From an uncultured Gammaproteobacteria bacterium (lineage in GTDB: Bacteria; Pseudomonadota; Gammaproteobacteria; Pseudomonadales; UBA5518): a stretch of DNA of 43,950 nt. Position numbers and translations under genes: made by a program. Positions within the stretch are counted from its first letter, which is position 1; every line of letters starts with the position of its first letter. The notes beneath the pieces are model-generated. The model worked only from the letters and a program-made list of their open reading frames with translations, was not told where the DNA came from and searched no databases. The stretch lies in contig CAIXOY010000245.1 in assembly GCA_903921135.1 (NCBI GenBank), positions 1-43,950 of the forward strand, written 5' to 3'. Of the stretch, positions 8,119 through 16,613 are shown in pieces.

Positions 8119-9521
8119 AGCGAGTACCTGTACGTGTAGGTGATGTCAGGGGTGGGCACCGGTATGCCGGACTCGAAGCGTGGCCGAAAGCGCGTGGCGC
8201 GCAGGCGCTTCCGGAGTTTGTCTGCCTGCAGTGCGGCCGATTTCTGCTCGGGTGTCTCGGGGGGCGCGGCGGCTGGCGTGGCCGTTGCGCTGCTCTCTGC
8301 TGGCGCAGCGGCATCTGCCGGGTCTGCAGTCGGTTCTGGCGTCTTCGCCGCGGGTGGGGCGGGCGCTTGCGGCTCCACGATCCGGATGTCCTCCACGAGG
8401 CCGCGCTCGTTGACGGCGAAAGTGACGGTGATGTTTCCCTGTGCCGCGGATGTGCCAAGCCCGGCCTCCGCCAGCGCAGCCAGCCCTTCGGGCAGGACCG
8501 GTAATGCTATCGGATGGCCGAAGATCTGGTTGACCGCGGCGTTGGAGGTGTCGGCCGCCGCTTGGGTCCACGCCTCCTTGTAGAGTTCGAGCGCCGTCTG
8601 GCGGCGGTTGAACAACTGGTGCCAGTCGCCGAGTTCCGCCGCAGCCTGGCCGCGCAGCAAAGCGCTCGCGGCCGGGTCTTGCCGGCGCAACTCCACGACG
8701 CGCTCCAGCGCCGCGCGTCCGGCGGTGAAACCCGTGATGGCATAGGCGGGGCCCGCCTGTTGCTGTGCATTCGAAGGGCCCGCGGAGAACGAGACGCCAC
8801 CACCGCCAGTGGGCACGTAGGAGGCGAGGTAGTAATCGACGATCGCTTTCTCGCGCAGAGCCTCGGGCAGGCGCGAGTCGCTGCCCGGCGGCTTGGCCTG
8901 GAGGATCCCGAGCGAGGATTCGTAGAGGTTGCGCGCGGCCTCGAGGTGGTTGATGGGATCCTCGCCGATGTCCCCGAGGTAGGCGCCCAGATGCCAGGCG
9001 GAGAGCCGTTGCAGCGCGGGCAGCATGCGCTCGTCGCTTTCCCCGTAATTCCGGCGGTGGATCTGGAACATCTGCTGGTAGCTGGTGCCCACGCCGTCCC
9101 ATTCGCCGAGCGCGGAGTAGCTCTCGATCAGCCGTTCCAGGATGGGCAGGTCGGAGGTGCTGTACAGGCCCTCGTTCACGCGTGTGATGTGCGCCGCACG
9201 GGAGAGGGCTTCTGCGGCTTCAGCATGGCGTCCTGCTGCCTGGTATGCGGAGCCGAGCCCGAGCAGTTGCTCCGACAGGGCGGCGTCGTAGGCCCCTCCG
9301 TGTGCCTCGAGCGCCTGTACCGCGTCGAGGTATCGCTGCTGTTCGGGGGTCGGAGGCAGTGTGGGCTCTTTTGCCTCGGCGTCGGCGGTTTCCGCGGGCG
9401 TATCGGCGGCGTTCGCCGGTGCCGGTGCCGTTGGCGCGGAAGCATCGGTGCTGGCGCCATGTGCCGCCACGGCCAACGCCAGAAGGGCGCCTCCCAGGAA
9501 GACGGGTAATGCCTTGGTCAC
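8115..9521 (-). CDS. Secreted TPR-like protein with TonB_C-like C-terminal domain (468 aa)
   Basis: The track ORF (to 10124) is trimmed to GTG 9521, which has a GGGAGG Shine-Dalgarno 5 nt upstream and starts a signal-like VTKALPVFLGGALLALAVAAHG-AS. The upstream 201 codons are antisense to a good SnoaL gene. C-terminus ITVTFAVNERGLVEDIRIVE ... LRKRLRATRFRPRFESGIPVPTPDITYTYRY resembles the TonB C-terminal fold, with a Pro/Ala-rich insertion. Confidence 0.7.
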   Translation of the reverse strand: MTKALPVFLGGALLALAVAAHGASTDASAPTAPAPANAADTPAETADAEAKEPTLPPTPEQQRYLDAVQALEAHGGAYDAALSEQLLGLGSAYQAAGRHAEAAEALSRAAHITRVNEGLYSTSDLPILERLIESYSALGEWDGVGTSYQQMFQIHRRNYGESDERMLPALQRLSAWHLGAYLGDIGEDPINHLEAARNLYESSLGILQAKPPGSDSRLPEALREKAIVDYYLASYVPTGGGGVSFSAGPSNAQQQAGPAYAITGFTAGRAALERVVELRRQDPAASALLRGQAAAELGDWHQLFNRRQTALELYKEAWTQAAADTSNAAVNQIFGHPIALPVLPEGLAALAEAGLGTSAAQGNITVTFAVNERGLVEDIRIVEPQAPAPPAAKTPEPTADPADAAAPAESSATATPAAAPPETPEQKSAALQADKLRKRLRATRFRPRFESGIPVPTPDITYTYRYSL

Positions 9522-9726
9522 TCGGGCCTCCCTAGATGATTGCAGGGCCTTGGACTGCGGGTCGCGCAGCGGTTCCCGCGTGGTTCTTGTGCGCAGCCGC
9601 CAGTGCCGCAGTGCGATCCATTCTGCCTGCTCGCTGCTGGGCGGGGAAGGCGCTGGCCGGCCGTTGGCCAAGCCCGTGCGCTCCCGACTATAGTGCGCTA
9701 CCTCGCGGGCGCTGGAGTGGATCTCA

Positions 9727-10145
9727 TGAGCAATGAAAGCCGGAACAAGGCGCTCGTCGAGCGATTCTTCGCCGCCATGAACGCAGGCGATTCCGCCGCC
9801 ATCGTCAATGCCTACGCCGAGGACGGCGCAGTCTGGACCTCTGGCCGCACGCTCATCTCCGGCACCTTCTCGAAGGCGCAGATCCGCGAGGCCAGCGGCC
9901 GCATTTTCGAGGCATTCCCGAAGGGCATCAGCTTCCGCATCCTCGCCATGACGGCCGAGGGCGAGCGCGTGGCGGTGGAGGCTGAATCGCAGGGCGAGCA
10001 CCTCTCGGGCAAGCTCTACACCAACCAGTACCACTTCCTGTTCGAATTCCGTGACGGCCTCGTGGTGTGCCTGAAGGAATACATGGACACCGAGCGAGTC
10101 ACCGACATTCTCTGCAGCGGGCACCGTCCGCCGGCCGTCGACTGA
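9727..10145 (+). CDS. SnoaL-like / NTF2-fold protein (139 aa)
   Basis: MSNESRNKALVERFFAAMNAGDSAAIVNAYAEDGAVW... is the typical SnoaL_2 N-terminus. GGAG lies 9 nt upstream of ATG 9727. The track ORF start at 9540 was trimmed. Confidence 0.8.
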
Positions 10146-10201
10146 GTTTTTACCGCGCCCGCGTGGCGCATCCTGTCAAACAACCCAGAGGGCAAAGAGC
10201 G

Positions 10202-11104
10202 ATGGCGAAGTTCCAGATAGCAGTTGGCATGTTCGGCCTCCACGACGTGTTCGGCGGTGATGCCCGGGGGTATCTCACGGCGGCCGAGCTTGCCGACGCG
10301 GCAGGCATCGACCAGGTCAACTTCACCGACCACGTGGTGATGGGCGAGAACACCGACCGCTACCCCTACGGCCCTTTCCCCTTGCCGCCCATCGCGCCCT
10401 GGTACGAGCCGCTCACCATGCTGACGGCCGTGGCCGCGCGCACGCGGCAGGTTCGTCTCGCCACCGGCGTGCTGATCTCGCCGCTGCGACCGGCGGTGCT
10501 GCTCGCCAAGACCTTGGCCACCCTGGACAGCCTCGCCCCCGGGCGTATCGAGCTCGGCATCGGCACCGGCTGGCAGCGCGAGGAGTACGAGGCATCCGGC
10601 CTCGATTTCGACCTGCGCTGGACCATGCTCGACGACGGCGTACGTGCCATGCAGCTGCTCTGGCGTGAGGCGCCGGCGAGCTTCAGTTCGAAGACGGTCA
10701 ATTTCTCGAGGATCTACAGCACGCCTTTCCCTGCGGCGAAGACCATTCCGCTCTGGTACGGCGTGCAGCCCTCCGAGCGTCAGGCGCAGCGCATCGCCGA
10801 ACTAGGCGTGGGCTGGATCCCGATCTCCACCAGTGCCGATTACATCCGTGACGGTGTGAGCGTGATCCGGCGCGCGTTCGAAAAGGCCGGACGTGACCCG
10901 GGCACGCTTCAGGTGCGCGCGCACGTGCCCATGAACTGGGATGCCAACGGCCGCTGCAGCCTGCAGGAGTCGATCGACGCGATTCCCGCTCTGCTGGAGG
11001 CGGGCGTCACGGTGATGGAGTTCGAGCACCATCCCTATATCCGCTCGCCCGAGGATCTCGAGCCCTTCTACGCGCGCCTGGTCGAGGTGCGGGACGCATC
11101 CTGA
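10202..11104 (+). CDS. LLM-class (luciferase-like) flavin/F420-dependent oxidoreductase (300 aa)
   Basis: MAKFQIAVGMFG..., RLATGVLISPLRPAVLLAKTLATLDSLAPGRIELGIGTGW are luciferase-like monooxygenase hallmarks. Start trimmed to ATG 10202. Confidence 0.85.
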   Translation: MAKFQIAVGMFGLHDVFGGDARGYLTAAELADAAGIDQVNFTDHVVMGENTDRYPYGPFPLPPIAPWYEPLTMLTAVAARTRQVRLATGVLISPLRPAVLLAKTLATLDSLAPGRIELGIGTGWQREEYEASGLDFDLRWTMLDDGVRAMQLLWREAPASFSSKTVNFSRIYSTPFPAAKTIPLWYGVQPSERQAQRIAELGVGWIPISTSADYIRDGVSVIRRAFEKAGRDPGTLQVRAHVPMNWDANGRCSLQESIDAIPALLEAGVTVMEFEHHPYIRSPEDLEPFYARLVEVRDAS

Positions 11105-11126
11105 TCCCGGCCGCGCGCCTGTCGGC

Positions 11127-12032
11127 ATGACCGTGCTGGATCCGGCGGCAGCGCGCCAGCGGCGCGCCTACGCCTATGCCTGGCTCACCGTGTGTTGCTG
11201 GGCCACGGTCTCGACGGCGTTCAAGTTCGCGCTCGCGGAACTGCACTACGCGCAATTGTTGCTGGTCTGCAACGCCGTGGCGGTGCTGGTGCTGGGCAGC
11301 CTGCTCGCAGCGGGAGGGCGGCTGGGAGATGTCCTGCGACTGTCGCGAAGCGGGCACCTGCGCGCCCTTGGCCTCGGCCTGATGAACCCGGTCGGCTATT
11401 ACCTGCTGCTCTTTCAAGCCTACGACATCCTTCCCGCGCAGGTGGCGCAGCCCGTGAATTACACCTGGGCCATTGCCTTGTCGGCGCTGGCGGTGCCCTT
11501 GCTCGGGCAGCGCGTGGGCGTGGCCGAGGTCGTTGCAGCGGTGATTGCCTACGCGGGTGTGGTCGTGATCTCGTTGGGCTCGGCGCACGCGGGCACGGTG
11601 CGGTGGGACGGTGTGGTTATCGCGCTCGTCTCCACGCTGGTCTGGGCCCTTTACTGGATCGCCAACAGTCGCGCGACGGGAGATCCCCTGTTGCGGCTGT
11701 TTCTGGGGTTTTGCTATGCCTTGCCCGCCAGCGTGCTCGCCTGTGGCCTGCTCTCGGACTTCGACATGCCGCTCGGCCGAGGCCTGCTGGGGGCTTTGTG
11801 GTCAGGCGTTTTCGAGATGGGGCTGAGTTTCGTCTTCTGGCAGCGGGCTCTGGCGCTCTCGGCGAACGCGGCGCGCGTGAGCAACGTTGTATTCGCGACG
11901 CCCTTTCTCGCGCTGCTGCCTATTGCTGTGGTGCTGGGCGAACCGATCGCGCCCAGCACCTTGCCGGGTCTGTGCCTGATCCTCGGCGGCCTCGCTGTTC
12001 AGCAGCGCTTCGCGCGTTCTGCTCGCACCTGA
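11127..12032 (+). CDS. DMT-superfamily (EamA-like) permease (301 aa)
   Basis: About 10 hydrophobic helices in two EamA-like halves. WATVSTAFKFAL N-terminal motif. Confidence 0.85.
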   Translation: MTVLDPAAARQRRAYAYAWLTVCCWATVSTAFKFALAELHYAQLLLVCNAVAVLVLGSLLAAGGRLGDVLRLSRSGHLRALGLGLMNPVGYYLLLFQAYDILPAQVAQPVNYTWAIALSALAVPLLGQRVGVAEVVAAVIAYAGVVVISLGSAHAGTVRWDGVVIALVSTLVWALYWIANSRATGDPLLRLFLGFCYALPASVLACGLLSDFDMPLGRGLLGALWSGVFEMGLSFVFWQRALALSANAARVSNVVFATPFLALLPIAVVLGEPIAPSTLPGLCLILGGLAVQQRFARSART

Positions 12033-12033
12033 A

Positions 12034-13212
12034 TCAGCGGCGGCTGTAGGCCGCCATCCCCAAGCCGAACTGTGCGACCAGATCTCGCATCACCTCGGCC
12101 ACGCCACCGCCGAAGGTATTGATCTGGCACTTGCGGTAGTGCTCTTCCAGATCTCCGGCCAACGCTGCGCCCGGGCTGCCGCGACGATAGCCGCCAGCCA
12201 TGCCCGTCACCTCGAGCATCAGCTTGTCGACGGCGATGAGGCACTCGGTGCTGTAGGCCTTCATCGCCGAGGCGAAGGCGGGGTCCGGCTCGCCGCTGTC
12301 GAGTTGCCAGGCCATTCGCCAGTTCATCAGGCGCATGGCTTCGAGCCGCGTGTAGACCTCGGCAAGCGCCGACTGCGCCCAGGGTTGGTCCACCACGCGT
12401 TTGCCGCCCACCACTGTTTCCTGTGCCCACTTCAGGGTGCGCGCGAGGAGCCCCCAGCCTTGCACACCGATGGCCGCGAGACCCACGCGCTCGTGGTTGA
12501 GCTGGGAGGTGATGAGTTTCCAGCCGCTGTTCAGTCCGCCTGCGATCATCGATGCGGGCACACGCACGTTGTCGTAGTAGCTCGCGTTGCTGCGCACGCC
12601 ACCGACGGTGCGGATGGGCGTGAAGCTGAAGCCCGGGAGCGTGGCATCGACCATGAAAATGCTGATGCCCTTGTGCGGCGGTTTCACCTCCTGATCGGTG
12701 CGGGCCGCGAGCCAGACGTAGTCAGCGGCTTCAGCGCTGCTCGTCCAGATCTTGTTGCCGTTGATCACGTAGTGATCGCCGTCGAGCACCGCGCTGGTTT
12801 TCAGCGAGGCGAGGTCGGTGCCGGCGCCCGGCTCGGTGTAACCGATAGCAAAGTGCAATTCGCCGGCGGCGATTTTGGGTAGAAAAAAGTTCTTGTGCTC
12901 GTCGGAGCCGAGTGCGATCAGGCAGGGCGCCACCGTGCTGATCGTCACGAAGGGCAGGGGAACCTCGGCGAGTTGCGCTTCCTCGAAGAACACGAGCTGC
13001 TCGGAGCTGGGGCGGCCCTGACCGCCGTACTCCTTCGGCCAGCCGAGCGCGAGCCAGCCGTCCTTGCCCAACTGGCGGATGACCTGCTTGTAGGTCGCGC
13101 CGCCCTCGTTGCCGCGGGTAGCTTCGCGGATGTCGGGAGTCATCAGTTCGGAGAAGTAGGCGCGCAATTCGCGGCGCAGTGCCTTCTGGGAATCGGTGTG
13201 GTCGACGTGCAT
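12034..13212 (-). CDS. Acyl-CoA dehydrogenase family protein (392 aa)
   Basis: MHVDHTDSQKALRRELRAYFSELM..., FAIGYTEPGAGTDLASLKTSAV, INGNKIWTSSAEAADYVWL. The track ORF (to 13626) is trimmed to ATG 13212; its upstream part is antisense to the tetR gene. Confidence 0.9.
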   Translation of the reverse strand: MHVDHTDSQKALRRELRAYFSELMTPDIREATRGNEGGATYKQVIRQLGKDGWLALGWPKEYGGQGRPSSEQLVFFEEAQLAEVPLPFVTISTVAPCLIALGSDEHKNFFLPKIAAGELHFAIGYTEPGAGTDLASLKTSAVLDGDHYVINGNKIWTSSAEAADYVWLAARTDQEVKPPHKGISIFMVDATLPGFSFTPIRTVGGVRSNASYYDNVRVPASMIAGGLNSGWKLITSQLNHERVGLAAIGVQGWGLLARTLKWAQETVVGGKRVVDQPWAQSALAEVYTRLEAMRLMNWRMAWQLDSGEPDPAFASAMKAYSTECLIAVDKLMLEVTGMAGGYRRGSPGAALAGDLEEHYRKCQINTFGGGVAEVMRDLVAQFGLGMAAYSRR

Positions 13213-13245
13213 GGTGTGCGCTCCCGTGGTCGGTCCGCACATCAT

Positions 13246-13269
13246 ATTGAAATTGGATTCAAATTCAAT
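13246..13269. promoter_or_regulatory. Imperfect palindrome; candidate TetR operator in the divergent ACAD/tetR intergenic region
   Basis: ATTGAAATTGGATTCAAATTCAAT is AT-rich in an otherwise GC-rich window. It sits between divergent starts 13212 (-) and 13282 (+). The outer arms ATTGAA / TTCAAT are inverted. Confidence 0.35.
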
Positions 13270-13281
13270 AAGAATGCATTC

Positions 13282-14049
13282 ATGTTGGACGCTACGCTCA
13301 AGACACGGGCTTCCTCGCCCCCGCGTCGCCCGGCCAAGCCCGGGCGCGGTGAGCCTGCGAAGCACAGCCCGCGCGGCGAAGCGGCCCGGGCGCGCCTGAA
13401 GGAGGCGACCGGCAGGGTGCTGGAGCGGGTCGGTTACCGCCAGATGCGTGTCGCGGACGTGACGCGTGAGGCTGGTGTGGCCACGGGGCTGTTCCATCAC
13501 TACTTTCCGGACCTGAAGACCGCGACGATCGAAGTGCTGCGGGATTTCATGACCCGCTTCGAGGACCTCGAGTCCATCGAACGGGGTGTGGTGAAGGGGG
13601 ACTGGTTCGGGCGCAGCCTCGCGCACAACCGCTTGGTGGTGCAGAGCTTTGCGCGCAACCCGGGCATCATGCGTTGCATGGTGCAGGTCGGTGACGAGGA
13701 GCCCGAGTTCGGCGAGATCTGGCGCGCCAGCTATTACCGGCGCCTCGAGTTACTGGTGAGGGCCATGCCGAGGCTGTTCCCCTCGGCCGGTTTTGGCGAC
13801 GGCGAAGCGCGTTTGGTCACGCGGATTCTCGCGGGCATCGGCGAGCACGTGCTGGCCGAGTACTACATCCTCAAGGTCCCGGCGCTGCGCGAACTGGAGC
13901 TTGACGAGGATCAGATGGCGGAATGGGTGACGGTGATGTTCCATCGCGCCCTGTTCCTGGAGAACCCGCCCGCGGCGCGACTGCGCCACGCGGCGAAACT
14001 GGCCGGGATGCGGCGTCCGAGACGCGACGCCCTCGAGGCCGAGACCTGA
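13282..14049 (+). CDS. TetR/AcrR-family transcriptional regulator (255 aa)
   Basis: HTH region GYRQMRVADVTREAGVATGLFHHYFPDLKT. Start trimmed to ATG 13282. Confidence 0.85.
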   Translation: MLDATLKTRASSPPRRPAKPGRGEPAKHSPRGEAARARLKEATGRVLERVGYRQMRVADVTREAGVATGLFHHYFPDLKTATIEVLRDFMTRFEDLESIERGVVKGDWFGRSLAHNRLVVQSFARNPGIMRCMVQVGDEEPEFGEIWRASYYRRLELLVRAMPRLFPSAGFGDGEARLVTRILAGIGEHVLAEYYILKVPALRELELDEDQMAEWVTVMFHRALFLENPPAARLRHAAKLAGMRRPRRDALEAET

Positions 14050-14074
14050 TACAGACACCGGAGGACGGTTGGTC

Positions 14075-15034
14075 GTGAGCGACATCGACGAGCAGCTTCA
14101 GCAGTTTCTTGGCAGGCCTTGCGGCCCTTACAAGAGTTGGGACCCGGTCAATCAGGCCATGATCCGTCACTGGTGCGAGGCCATGGGGGACAGCAATCCC
14201 GTGTACACGGATCCTGCCTTCGCGGCAGCGTCCGTGCACGGCGGCATCGTGGCACCCCCGACGATGATGCAGGCATGGACGATGCGTGGCGTCACCTCGG
14301 AGTGGGCGACCGGATCGGACACGCGAGAGCCCTTCGAGGTGTTCCAGTTCCTCGAGCAGCACGGCTATCCCGCCGTCGTCGCGGTCAACTGCGAGCAAAC
14401 CTATTACCGCTATCTGCGGCCGGGCGATCTGATCCACCACACCTCGCGCATCGAGGCCGTGTCGCCGCAGAAGACCACCGCGCTCGGCGTGGGCTACTTC
14501 GTGACGGAGCTCGAGGAGTACTGGGACCAGAACGGCGAGAAGGTCGGCGACATGCGCTTCCGGCTGTTCAAGTACCGCGCGCACGAGAGGCCCGCAGAGC
14601 CCGCCGCCGCAGCCCCGGGCAAACCCCCGAAAATCGGCCGCTTCCGCGCCGTCGAAAATCACGACACGAAGTTTTTCTGGGAAGGCATCCGTGCCGGCAA
14701 GTTGCTCATCCAGCGCTGCAAGGCTTGCGGCGCATTGCGTCATCCGCCGGGGCCGATGTGCCCGTCCTGCCAGTCGCTCGAGTGGGACACGCTGGAGAGC
14801 AGCGGCCGCGGCATCGTCTACAGCTTCGTCGTGATGCACCACCCGCCGATCCCGCCGTTTGACTACCCCAACACCGTGCTGCTCGTAGAGCTCGAGGAAG
14901 GCACCCGGCTCGTGACCCAGTTGGCCGACGGAAAGCCCGGCGATGTGGAGGTCGGAACGCCGGTGGAGGTGGTCTTCCGTGAAGTCGAGGAAGGCTACAC
15001 CCTGCCACTCTTCCGTGTTCGCAAGGAGTCCTGA
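14075..15034 (+). CDS. MaoC-like (hot-dog) hydratase subunit fused to a DUF35 Zn-ribbon/OB-fold domain (ChsH2-like)
   Basis: N-terminal half has NQAMIRHWCEAMGDSNPVYTD. C-terminal half has FWEGIRAGKLLIQRCKACGALRHPPGPMCPSCQS...GIVYSFVV (DUF35 rubredoxin-like ribbon plus OB). GGAGGA lies 10 nt upstream of GTG 14075; the track start TTG 14069 is too close to it. Confidence 0.85.
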   Translation: MSDIDEQLQQFLGRPCGPYKSWDPVNQAMIRHWCEAMGDSNPVYTDPAFAAASVHGGIVAPPTMMQAWTMRGVTSEWATGSDTREPFEVFQFLEQHGYPAVVAVNCEQTYYRYLRPGDLIHHTSRIEAVSPQKTTALGVGYFVTELEEYWDQNGEKVGDMRFRLFKYRAHERPAEPAAAAPGKPPKIGRFRAVENHDTKFFWEGIRAGKLLIQRCKACGALRHPPGPMCPSCQSLEWDTLESSGRGIVYSFVVMHHPPIPPFDYPNTVLLVELEEGTRLVTQLADGKPGDVEVGTPVEVVFREVEEGYTLPLFRVRKES

Positions 15035-15035
15035 G

Positions 15036-16169
15036 ATGGAGTTTTCGATTTCGGAAGAAGTGCGTGCGGTTCAGGAACTGGCGGCGAAGATTTTCTCCGA
15101 ACAGGTCGATGACGCGGCCCTGAAGCGGTTCGATCGTGGCGAGATCCGCTGGCACGAAGGCGTGTGGTCCCTGCTCGGGGAGTCCGGGCTGCTGGGTGTT
15201 GCGCTGCCGGAAGAGTTCGGCGGCAGTGGCATGGGCCTCGCAGGCTTGTTCGCGGTACTCGAGGAGCAGGGCCGGCACGTCACGGCGCTACCGCTGGTCG
15301 CTGCGGCGCTGGGGGCGCTGCCGCTTGCGCGCTTCGGATCGGCCGCTCAACAGTCCGAATGGCTGGCGAAAGCGGCCTCGGGGGAGGCTCTGGTGGCAGG
15401 TCCGTTGCCTACCTCTGCCGTGGAACACGAGCCGCGGGAAATCCCCGCGCTTTCGGGTTCGGCCGATGCATTCGTGCTCACCGGTGCGCTGGAGGCGGTG
15501 CCTTACGGGGCGGATGCCGATGCGTTGCTGGTGCCGGCGCGGGATGACAGCGGCGTATTGAGCGTGTTTGTCGTGGCACGCAATGCTGCCGGGGTTCAGG
15601 TCGAGCGCGAGCGGGGCACCAACTACGAACCCTTCGACCGCATCTTTTTCAACGGCGTTACGCTGAGCCCGGCCGACCGCCTGGGTGCCGCCGGGGACGG
15701 GGCATGCATCCTCGAGTGGCTTGCCGACCGCGCTGCGACCGCATACGGATTCATCCAGTTGGGCGTGCTTGCCGATGCGGTGCGGCGCACGGCGCAGCAC
15801 ACGGTCGAGCGCAAGCAGTTCGGTAAACCGTTGGCGGGATTCCAGGCCGTCGCGCACCGCGCAGCGGATTGCTACATCGACATCGAGGCCCTGCGCTCCA
15901 CATTGTGGCAGGCAGCCTGGCGCCTCGACCAGAACCTGCCTGCGGGCAACGCCGTGGCCTCTGCGGCCTGGTGGAGCAGTGAGGCTGGGCACCGGGTGAG
16001 TCACGCCTGCCAGCACCTCCATGGTGGCACTGGTGCAGACGTCGATTACCCGATACACCGCTACTACCTGTGGGCACAGCAGGCACGTCTGTGCCTTGGT
16101 GGCAGCGAACGCATTCTGGCCGGCTTCGGTCGTCAGCTGGCAGGGCAATCCATCGAGGTCGGACTATGA
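15036..16169 (+). CDS. Acyl-CoA dehydrogenase family protein (377 aa), probable second subunit of a heteromeric ACAD
   Basis: MEFSISEEVRAVQELAAKIF..., ERKQFGKPLAGFQAVAHRAADCYIDIEA. ATG lies 1 nt after the upstream stop. Stop overlaps the next start (ATGA). Confidence 0.85.
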   Translation: MEFSISEEVRAVQELAAKIFSEQVDDAALKRFDRGEIRWHEGVWSLLGESGLLGVALPEEFGGSGMGLAGLFAVLEEQGRHVTALPLVAAALGALPLARFGSAAQQSEWLAKAASGEALVAGPLPTSAVEHEPREIPALSGSADAFVLTGALEAVPYGADADALLVPARDDSGVLSVFVVARNAAGVQVERERGTNYEPFDRIFFNGVTLSPADRLGAAGDGACILEWLADRAATAYGFIQLGVLADAVRRTAQHTVERKQFGKPLAGFQAVAHRAADCYIDIEALRSTLWQAAWRLDQNLPAGNAVASAAWWSSEAGHRVSHACQHLHGGTGADVDYPIHRYYLWAQQARLCLGGSERILAGFGRQLAGQSIEVGL

Positions 16170-16597
16170 GCAACCACGACATCAAGGCTCGGCGTTTTGC
16201 GGATCTGAATATCGGTGACGAGATCCCGCCACTGGGTATCGACATCACGACGCGCCTCATCGTCGCCACGGCGATCGCGAGCCGCGACTACCAGAATGTC
16301 CACCACGACAAGCCGGGCGCGCAGGCGCTGGGCTCGCCGGACATCTTCATGAACATCCTCACCACCAACGGGCTGGTCGGGCGTTACATCACCGACTGGG
16401 CCGGCCCGGAGGCCTTGCTCCGCTCGGTGAAAATCAAGCTCGGCGTGCCCAACTACCCGGGCGATCGCATGGAACTCCGAGGGCGTGTCACGGCGCTGCG
16501 CGAAGAGGGCAGTGACCGTCTCGTGGACATCGATGTGGCCGGCAAGAACGGTCTTGGCTTCCACGTCACGGGCACCGTGACCGTGGCTCTGGCCTGA
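16166..16597 (+). CDS. MaoC-like hot-dog hydratase subunit (143 aa, ChsH1-like)
   Basis: ASRDYQNVHHDKPGAQALGSPDIFMNILTTNGLVGRYITDW is a MaoC dehydratase motif region. Confidence 0.85.
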   Translation: MSNHDIKARRFADLNIGDEIPPLGIDITTRLIVATAIASRDYQNVHHDKPGAQALGSPDIFMNILTTNGLVGRYITDWAGPEALLRSVKIKLGVPNYPGDRMELRGRVTALREEGSDRLVDIDVAGKNGLGFHVTGTVTVALA

Positions 16598-16613
16598 GCG
16601 ACAGGAGAGACGC

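Noticed and set aside
9522-10124. N-terminal 201 codons of the 669-aa track ORF 8115..10124
   Set aside because: This part is antisense to the SnoaL-like gene and has no protein-like features. An internal GTG at 9521, with a GGGAGG ribosome-binding site, starts a proper signal peptide.
13213-13626. Upstream extension of the ACAD ORF (12034..13626), and the matching 12895..13281 extension of the tetR ORF
   Set aside because: The two extensions are antisense to each other's real coding regions. Family alignments begin at MHVDHTDSQKAL (13212) and MLDATLKT (13282).
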